Program-made: the position numbers and the translations under genes
Assembly: GCA_043822705.1 (NCBI GenBank)
Contig: JBDRBK010000088.1
Coordinates: forward strand, 1-22,799
Direction of reading: 5' to 3'
Length of the DNA stretch: 22,799 nt
DNA from: Fidelibacterota bacterium
GTDB lineage: Bacteria; Fidelibacterota; Marinisomatia; Marinisomatales; TCS56
Notes under the pieces: generated by a model
The model's database searches: none
Told to the model about the DNA's origin: nothing
Seen by the model: the letters and a program-made list of their open reading frames with translations, nothing else
Part shown: one piece after another, positions 16,638 through 22,799 of the stretch
Numbering within the stretch: the stretch's first letter is position 1
How the letters are laid out: every line of letters begins with the position of its first letter

Positions 16638-17371
16638 ACTACTTTCCCGACGATCCAATCAGGGACGATTTTAATCAGCGGCAGTAACAGGCGCCATTGC
16701 CAGGGGAACAGGTAATTGCGGCGACCGCGAGCGATCGCTCCGGCGATCAGGGCGGCGGCCGGTTCCACATCCATCAGGAATGGCATGATCGTCTGGCGGC
16801 TGGCCGTCATCGGTGTACGGACGAAGCCGGGATAGATCGTGGTAACTTTCACATAATGACCGGCGAAGGTGAAGCGCCAACTGTTGGCCAGCGTACGCAC
16901 CAGCGCCTTGGAGCCGGAATAAGCGCCCCGGCGCGGCAGGCCGCGCACCCCGGCGATCGAGCTGACCAGCACGACCTGGCCGGAATTCTGCTGCATCAGG
17001 GACGGCGCGAACGGGTAAACGATATTGGTGATTCCCAGGATATTGATTTTCAAAATCTGATTAGTCCGGGTGGGATCGCCGGTATCGAGATGGTCGTCCC
17101 CACTCTTGCCGGCATTGGCGATCACCAGATCGATACCTTCGAAACGGGTGAGGAAATCGGTCGCCGTCGCGCGGCATTCTTCCTGATCGGTCACATCCAG
17201 TTCGTAAACGACGGTGGTAGCGCCGAGGCGCCGGCATTCCATCGCCACTTTCTCCAGCAGCTCGCCGCGCCGGGCTGCCAGGCCCAGCCGGGCGCCCAAC
17301 CGGGCATAATGATAGGCCAGATGCTCGCCGATCCCGCTGCTGGCACCGCTGATGAAAATCCGTTGCGCCAT
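16634..17371 (-). CDS. Classical short-chain dehydrogenase/reductase, likely NADP-dependent
   Basis: Motifs SGASSGIG, ARR, IANAG, SSIAG, YSGSK and PGFVRTPM. Confidence 0.92.
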   Translation of the reverse strand: MAQRIFISGASSGIGEHLAYHYARLGARLGLAARRGELLEKVAMECRRLGATTVVYELDVTDQEECRATATDFLTRFEGIDLVIANAGKSGDDHLDTGDPTRTNQILKINILGITNIVYPFAPSLMQQNSGQVVLVSSIAGVRGLPRRGAYSGSKALVRTLANSWRFTFAGHYVKVTTIYPGFVRTPMTASRQTIMPFLMDVEPAAALIAGAIARGRRNYLFPWQWRLLLPLIKIVPDWIVGKVV

Positions 17372-18162
17372 CAGTACAGACCTTTCACCGCGCCGCCGTC
17401 ATGAACGACGGACTGTCCGGTGATGAAGGCCGCCTGGCGCGAGCACAGGAATGTCGCCAGTGCGCCGAATTCCTCGATGTCACCCAGCCGGCCGATGGGC
17501 GTGTGGGTTCCGAGCCGGTCCCAGGCTTCCTCGATCGTGCAGCCTTCCTCCTCGACGATCTCGTTCACCAACTGTTCCAGACGACTGGTACGGTGGGCGC
17601 CGGGCAGCAGGCAGTTAACGGTAATGCCGTCGGGCGCCAGTTGCGCCGTGATCGTTTTCGCGAAGGCGGTCAGGGCCGAGCGGGCGGCGTTGGACAGCAC
17701 CAGATCGTCAATCGGCTGTTTAACCGCTATCGACGTAATAAACAGGATTCGGCCCCAGTGTTTTTCCCGCATGGCCGGAACTACCTGCTGGACCGCCGCC
17801 ACGGCTGACAGGAAGTTGGTTTGCAGGGCGGCCTGCCAGTCCGCATCGGTAAAATCGTTGAATTTCCCCCGCGGCGGACCGCCGGCATTGCAGACCAGGA
17901 TATCGGGATCGCCGAATATTTCCCGGCATTCCCGAAACAGTCCCGGCAACTGCTCCGGCTGGGAGACGTCGCAGACCACCGGATGAACCGGATTGCCGCT
18001 GACTTCCTGGATCCGGTGCGCGGCGTCGAACACGGCACTTTTCGTGCGGGCGCAGATCACGACGTTGACGCCCTCGATGCTCAATTCGCGGGCGATTCCG
18101 AAACCAAGACCTTTGGATGAAGCCTGTACTACGGCGATCTTTCCGGCGATTCCCAAATCCAT
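17371..18162 (-). CDS. Atypical SDR (3-oxoacyl-ACP-reductase-like, SNxxR subtype)
   Basis: Motifs MDLGIAGK, ASSKGLG, NAGGPP, WGRI, SNAAR in place of YxxxK, and ITGQS..HDGG. ATG 18162 lies 9 nt after AGGA; 18171 is the alternative. TGATG overlap with the next SDR. Confidence 0.9.
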   Translation of the reverse strand: MDLGIAGKIAVVQASSKGLGFGIARELSIEGVNVVICARTKSAVFDAAHRIQEVSGNPVHPVVCDVSQPEQLPGLFRECREIFGDPDILVCNAGGPPRGKFNDFTDADWQAALQTNFLSAVAAVQQVVPAMREKHWGRILFITSIAVKQPIDDLVLSNAARSALTAFAKTITAQLAPDGITVNCLLPGAHRTSRLEQLVNEIVEEEGCTIEEAWDRLGTHTPIGRLGDIEEFGALATFLCSRQAAFITGQSVVHDGGAVKGLY

Positions 18163-18343
18163 GCTGGTCATTCCTGTGTTTTAGATTGTTGAACTCAATT
18201 GATTAATCGCGACCATAAATGTACGATTTACAAACTTAGGAATAAATGAAATTGACTGGCTGAATTGTCCTGCCGCCATATGCCGGCCGGAGTGTAATTT
18301 TAGTGGTTATTTTTTCCATGATTATTCACCACAGGATCGACCG

Positions 18344-19759
18344 ATGATTGATACAAGACGCGAAGTGCTGCGGGTCTGGGGCCAACTGGAGATTTCATCA
18401 ACCACCACCGTAATCAAGGTGACCGTCACGACGATTGTGGCGGCGCTGGTGGCGCTGGTGCCGGATTGGGTGGGTCTGTCGCCGGCCGGCGCCTGGTCGC
18501 TGTTCATCCTACTGCTGGGGGCCGGCCTGTGGATTACCGAGGCGCTGCCTTCATTTTCGGTAGCCCTGCTGATAATCGCCTTACAGATCGTGATCTTGGG
18601 ACGGCCGGGCGGAGTCTTCGCTAAAACCGCCACGGACTGGGAAATGTTCGTCCGTCCCTGGGCTAGCCCGCTGATGTGGTTGTTCTTCGGTGGTTTTGTC
18701 CTGGCGGAAGCGGCCCAGGCCACCGGTCTCGACCGCTTGTTTTCACGCTATGTGCTGGGCTGGTTCGGCACCAAACCGGGGGCGGTGCTGTTCGGCGCCA
18801 TGGCAGTGACCTTTACTTTTTCGATGTTCATGTCCAATACCGCCACGGCGGCGATGATGATGGCGGTCATCATGCCGATCGTCAATGCGTTGGAAAAAGA
18901 CGATCCGTTCATCAAGGCTATTCTGCTGGGGATACCCTTCGCCGCCAACATCGGCGGAATGGGTACGATCATCGGCAGTCCGCCCAACGCCATCGCCGCC
19001 GGTTCGCTGGCGGGTACGGTGGGAATGGATTTCATCCAGTGGATCTTTGCCGGTTTGCCGCCGGCGATCGTGCTGTTCGTGATCGTATGGGCCTATCTGC
19101 GGTTTGCTTATCCGGCCAAAAAACAGCACGTAGACCTGAGCGGTTTGCAATGGCAGACCCGCACCGGCGCGCAACTGCCGATGTGGAAGCGCCTGCTGGT
19201 AATGCCGGTGTTTATTATCACGGTCCTGCTGTGGATGACTGAACCCTTGCATCACATACCAACGCCGGTGGTATCCTTCATTCCGATTACGATACTGGCG
19301 GTGACCGGCGTCATGACCGCCAAGAATATCCGCAACCTGCACTGGGATGTGCTGCTGTTGCTGGCGGGCGGCCTGTCGCTGGGGGTCGCGGTCCGGCAGA
19401 CCGGTCTGGCGGCCTGGCTGGTATCGCTGCTGCCGATCGAAGTACTGGGGCCCCTGATGGTGGCCGTTCTGCTGGCGTACGTAGCGACCACCATGTCGAA
19501 TTTCATGAGCAACACCGCCGCCGCCAATATCCTGGTGCCGATCGGCATGGCGATCGGGCTGGGCATGGAAGCGCTGGTGGTGGTACCGATCGCCCTGGGC
19601 GCATCGGCCGCCATGTGCCTGCCGATTTCGACACCGCCCAACGCCATCGCCTTTGCCACCGGCCGCCTGCAGACCAGCGATTTTATCCGCGGCGGACTCC
19701 TGATAGGTCTGCTGGCCCCGGCCATAGCGACGGTCTGGTGCTATTTCGTTTTAGCCTGA
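18344..19759 (+). CDS. DASS/SLC13 sodium-coupled anion symporter
   Basis: Motifs WITEALP, LFFGGF, two SNT motifs (MSNTATA, MSNTAAA), AANIGGMGTIIGSPPNAIA and STPPNAIA. Highly hydrophobic. Confidence 0.92.
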   Translation: MIDTRREVLRVWGQLEISSTTTVIKVTVTTIVAALVALVPDWVGLSPAGAWSLFILLLGAGLWITEALPSFSVALLIIALQIVILGRPGGVFAKTATDWEMFVRPWASPLMWLFFGGFVLAEAAQATGLDRLFSRYVLGWFGTKPGAVLFGAMAVTFTFSMFMSNTATAAMMMAVIMPIVNALEKDDPFIKAILLGIPFAANIGGMGTIIGSPPNAIAAGSLAGTVGMDFIQWIFAGLPPAIVLFVIVWAYLRFAYPAKKQHVDLSGLQWQTRTGAQLPMWKRLLVMPVFIITVLLWMTEPLHHIPTPVVSFIPITILAVTGVMTAKNIRNLHWDVLLLLAGGLSLGVAVRQTGLAAWLVSLLPIEVLGPLMVAVLLAYVATTMSNFMSNTAAANILVPIGMAIGLGMEALVVVPIALGASAAMCLPISTPPNAIAFATGRLQTSDFIRGGLLIGLLAPAIATVWCYFVLA

Positions 19760-19919
19760 CCGCCGGTCCGCACCATTGTATTTCGCCGCCGCTGCCGTCG
19801 CCCTTGGATTGAAATCACCGGGGATTGCAATGAAAGCTGGAAACTTTTTGTTTTATTTTCATATTACAAGGAAATTCCAGCAATTATTTTTGTACAATCT
19901 GAAATGAAAGCAGGTTCAA

Positions 19920-21809
19920 ATGAATCGATCGAATAAATCACTGGTCATGCTGTTGGGCAGCGTACTGCTACTGGCGGGTGGACTTATGGCCAAACCGGAA
20001 ACGCTGATCCGTTCGGATATACCGGACCAGTACAAGTGGAATCTTACCGATGTTTATCCGGACTGGTCCGCCTGGGAAGCCGAATTTGTCCAACTGGAAA
20101 CCAAGATGGATGAATATGCCGCGCTGGAAGGGTCCTTGTCCGGCGGACCGCAGGCGCTGTTGAAGGCTTTCCTGCTGGATGACGAACTGGGCATACTGGC
20201 CGACCGGGTCCACAGTTATGCCAATATGACCCGGGATACCGACACCCGCGATAACGATGTATCCGCCAAATTGCAGCGGGTTCAGATTCTGTTCTCGAAA
20301 TTCGGCGTCGCCACCGCCTGGTTCGATCCGGAATTGCTGACGATTCCCTGGGAAACCATGGCAGCCTGGCTGAATTCCGAACAGGCCCTGAAACCCTATC
20401 GTCACGGCATTGAGGATCTGTACCGGCAGCAGGCGCATGTACTGGATGCCGGGGGGGAACAACTGCTGTCGTATTTCTCCGGATTTGCCCGCACCCCGCG
20501 GTCGATTCATTCGGAACTTTCCACATCCGATATCGAATTCCCCGAACTCACCCTGAGCAGTGGTGAAACGATTACCGTGACGCCCGGTCAGTACAATCTG
20601 GTTTTGGCGACCAACCGTAACCAGGCGGACCGGAAAGCGGTATTCCTGGCCCGCAACGGCCTGTACAACCAGACCATCAATACCTACGCCGCGACCTACA
20701 ACGGCATCTGTCAGCGTGACTGGGCCTACGCCCAGGCCCGCAAATACGGCTCGACACTGGAAGCCAGCCTGGAAGGGGATAACGTACCGGTGACGGTTTA
20801 TGAAAATCTGGTGGAAATGGTCCGCAACGGCACCGAGCCGTTAAAACGCTACCATCGCGCACGCAAACAGGCACTGGGCTTGGAGGAGTACCATCTGTAT
20901 GACAGTTCCATCCCGATCGTCGATTTTGACAAGACCTATGAATATGATAGTGTCACCGATATTATCCTTGAATCGATAGAACCGCTGGGTAAGGATTACC
21001 AGAAAAAGCTGCAGCAGGCCTTTCAGGGCGGCTGGGTCGATGTGTACGAGAACGAAGGCAAGCGCGGCGGCGCCTATTCGGGCGGTGTTTATGGCGTACA
21101 TCCCTACATGCTGCTTAATTACAGCGACACGATGGAAGATGTTTTCACCCTGGCGCACGAGATGGGGCATACCCTGCACACCATGTACGCCAATGAAAAC
21201 CAGCCTTTTGCCACCGCCGATTATACCCTGTTCGTAGCCGAGGTTTCCTCGACCATGAGCGAGGCCTTCCTGCTGGATCGCTGGCTTTCCAGGGCCAAGG
21301 ATCCCAAGGAAAAAATTACCCTGCTGTCCCATGCCATCGATAATATCGCCGGAACTTTTTACACTCAGGTCATGTTCGCCGATTTCGAACTGCAGGCCCA
21401 TCGCCTGGTGGAACAAGGCCAGCCGATCACCGCCGCCGTGCTGAATGGTATCTATGCCGAACTGCTGAACCAGTATTACGGCGATGTTGTTTACCACGAC
21501 GAATTATATGATATTACCTGGGCGCGGATTCCGCATTTCTATTTTTATCCGTACTATGTATACCAGTATTCGACCTGTTTTGCCTCGTCGGCGGAAATAT
21601 TCAAGGATATCAAAGACGGCAATAAAAAGCAGAAGAAGGATGCCATCGACCGTTATCTGACCCTGTTGAAATCCGGTGGCAATGACTACCCGATGGAGCA
21701 ATTGAAAAAGGCCGGAGTCGATTTGACGCAGACCGCTTCCTTCCAGGCCGTGATTGACCGGATGGAGGAACTGGTTACCCAGTTGGAGCAGGAACTGGCG
21801 CAACTGTAG
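19920..21809 (+). CDS. pepF: Oligoendopeptidase F (peptidase M3B) with an N-terminal signal peptide
   Basis: Motifs RSDIPDQYKWNL, GWVDVYENEGKRGGAY, HPYMLLNY, TLAHEMGHTLH (HExxH), AEVSST and WARIPHF..YYVYQY. The leader MNRSNKSLVMLLGSVLLLAGGLMA has n/h/c structure. Confidence 0.94.
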   Translation: MNRSNKSLVMLLGSVLLLAGGLMAKPETLIRSDIPDQYKWNLTDVYPDWSAWEAEFVQLETKMDEYAALEGSLSGGPQALLKAFLLDDELGILADRVHSYANMTRDTDTRDNDVSAKLQRVQILFSKFGVATAWFDPELLTIPWETMAAWLNSEQALKPYRHGIEDLYRQQAHVLDAGGEQLLSYFSGFARTPRSIHSELSTSDIEFPELTLSSGETITVTPGQYNLVLATNRNQADRKAVFLARNGLYNQTINTYAATYNGICQRDWAYAQARKYGSTLEASLEGDNVPVTVYENLVEMVRNGTEPLKRYHRARKQALGLEEYHLYDSSIPIVDFDKTYEYDSVTDIILESIEPLGKDYQKKLQQAFQGGWVDVYENEGKRGGAYSGGVYGVHPYMLLNYSDTMEDVFTLAHEMGHTLHTMYANENQPFATADYTLFVAEVSSTMSEAFLLDRWLSRAKDPKEKITLLSHAIDNIAGTFYTQVMFADFELQAHRLVEQGQPITAAVLNGIYAELLNQYYGDVVYHDELYDITWARIPHFYFYPYYVYQYSTCFASSAEIFKDIKDGNKKQKKDAIDRYLTLLKSGGNDYPMEQLKKAGVDLTQTASFQAVIDRMEELVTQLEQELAQL

Positions 21810-21826
21810 CCGCGAAGATTCAGTCC

Positions 21827-21864
21827 AATAAAAAAAGACCCGGTCGCCGCCGGGTCTTTTTATT
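21827..21864. terminator. Bidirectional intrinsic terminator between convergent pepF and the DUF4097-like gene
   Basis: AATAAAAAAAGACCCGG-TCGCCG-CCGGGTCTTTTTATT: a perfect GC stem flanked by A and T tracts. Confidence 0.92.
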
Positions 21865-21888
21865 TAAATTCTTCGCAGGCCGGATTAT

Positions 21889-22797
21889 TTAACCGGCCGC
21901 TTTTTTCAGGTAGATATTGCCGTTGGTGGTCTTGATTTTGATCAGATTGGTACCGTTGCCGGTTTTACCACTGCCATAGATTATCTTGCGTGGTTCCCCG
22001 ACCAGGAATGATCGTTCCCATTCGTCGGACTCGCGAATCTTCAGGTCGAAATCGCTAACGATTTTATAATTACGTCGGCTCTGTTTGGTGTAGGCCAATT
22101 CGATCTCGAATTCCATGTCCAGTCCTTTCGGTACTGTCAGGGTCACTCCGCCGCCGAATGATGTCAGTTCGACTTGGCGGTCGCCGGCTTTGGGATCGCC
22201 TACCATCGTTATATCGATATCGCCGCCCATGGTAGTGGCCTTGACCCAACCGTTGACGGCTTCGACTTCGATGTCGCCGCCCATGGTTTTGGCTTTGACG
22301 AAATTCCCAGCCGACTTGATAAAAATATCACCGCCCATGGTATGAACTTCGGCACCCAGAGGAGCGTCTTGAACATCGATATCGCCGCCCATGGTCGATA
22401 CATTTACTTCTTTGCCGCTGGCATTGATATCACCGCCCATGGTCCTGGCTTTTATGGACTGATTTTCGGAATGAATGACAATATTGCCACCCATGGTGGA
22501 AGTTTCGAGCTGTCCGCCATCTTTGGAAGTGACATTCTTGTAGTAAACATTGCCGCCCATGGTTTTGCCCTTGACATCACCGACCACGTCGCGGATGGTC
22601 ACATTGCCACCCATGGTTTTTACCAGGCCGTCCACTTCCGAATTGCGCAAATCGATTTCACCGCCCATGGTGACAAAATGCAGGTTGCCGGTCAACCGGA
22701 TCAGGTCCAAATCGCCGCCCATGGTTTTGCCTTCCATGGTGCCGGTGATGTTGGTAATATTAAAATCACCGCCGCGGGTTTCCAGATCGAGGTCGAA
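21889..22797 (-). CDS. DUF4097-like (putative adhesin) beta-strand repeat protein; 5'-truncated by the window
   Basis: The frame is open to the window edge (FDLDLETRGGDFNITNITGT|MEGK...). It carries ten T-M-G-G-[DEN] units and ends G.G...IKIKTTNGNIYLKK, as DUF4097-type proteins do. Confidence 0.85.
   Translation of the reverse strand, partial: FDLDLETRGGDFNITNITGTMEGKTMGGDLDLIRLTGNLHFVTMGGEIDLRNSEVDGLVKTMGGNVTIRDVVGDVKGKTMGGNVYYKNVTSKDGGQLETSTMGGNIVIHSENQSIKARTMGGDINASGKEVNVSTMGGDIDVQDAPLGAEVHTMGGDIFIKSAGNFVKAKTMGGDIEVEAVNGWVKATTMGGDIDITMVGDPKAGDRQVELTSFGGGVTLTVPKGLDMEFEIELAYTKQSRRNYKIVSDFDLKIRESDEWERSFLVGEPRKIIYGSGKTGNGTNLIKIKTTNGNIYLKKAAG
22222..22725 (-). repeat. Coding tandem repeat: ten ACCATGGG(C/T)GG units with a mostly 54-nt period
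   Basis: Met codons (plus-strand CAT) begin at 22228, 22282, 22336, 22390, 22438, 22492, 22558, 22612, 22666 and 22720. The spacings are 54, 54, 54, 48, 54, 66, 54, 54 and 54. Confidence 0.9.
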
Positions 22798-22799
22798 AT

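Noticed and set aside
19829..19914. Direct repeat AATGAAAGC(T/A)GG (19829 and 19903) and a GCTGGAA/TTCCAGC inverted pair upstream of pepF
   Set aside because: Short, only two copies, and the second overlaps the RBS region. It cannot be distinguished from chance without a genome-wide scan.
22222..22725. Regularly spaced 11-nt repeats superficially like a CRISPR array
   Set aside because: The repeat is too short, all spacings are multiples of 3, it lies inside an open frame encoding TMGG, and there are no cas genes.
1..22799. Apparent abundance of CCGG and GATC/CGATCG words
   Set aside because: Cannot be quantified by eye and is plausibly explained by GC content and codon usage. It would need an observed/expected k-mer test.

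Overview
Gene-dense bacterial chromosomal window, mostly GC-rich with an AT-richer stretch at about 7.9-9.5 kb. A C-terminal 'NYPNPFNP...SGVY' secretion-sorting tail at the left edge points to an FCB-superphylum organism (Marinimicrobia, KSB1, Calditrichota or Ignavibacteria-like; inference). From left to right: (1) the end of a secreted protein and its terminator; (2) a tight + strand five-gene cluster of PAP2 phosphatase, GH13 alpha-glucosidase, spinster-like MFS transporter, GH36 alpha-galactosidase and a membrane-anchored GH1 beta-glycosidase; (3) a probable gene scar and a low-GC islet carrying a tandem GNAT with a likely premature stop and a small SpoIIAA/STAS-like protein; (4) a long - strand run that reads, in transcription order, SDR, SDR, archease, RtcB, ROK kinase, exported hypothetical protein, DSD1/D-threonine-aldolase-type PLP enzyme, transglutaminase-like protein, Tpx and a Cys-rich 4Fe-4S protein; (5) a DASS transporter and a signal-peptide-bearing oligoendopeptidase F; (6) a bidirectional terminator and a partial DUF4097-like beta-repeat protein. 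I see no rRNA, tRNA, CRISPR array, transposase, integrase or phage gene. The best candidate for an undescribed system is cluster (2), whose composition fits glycolipid head-group stripping or salvage better than ordinary sugar uptake. That is a hypothesis. All family calls come from motif recognition by eye; no searches were run.
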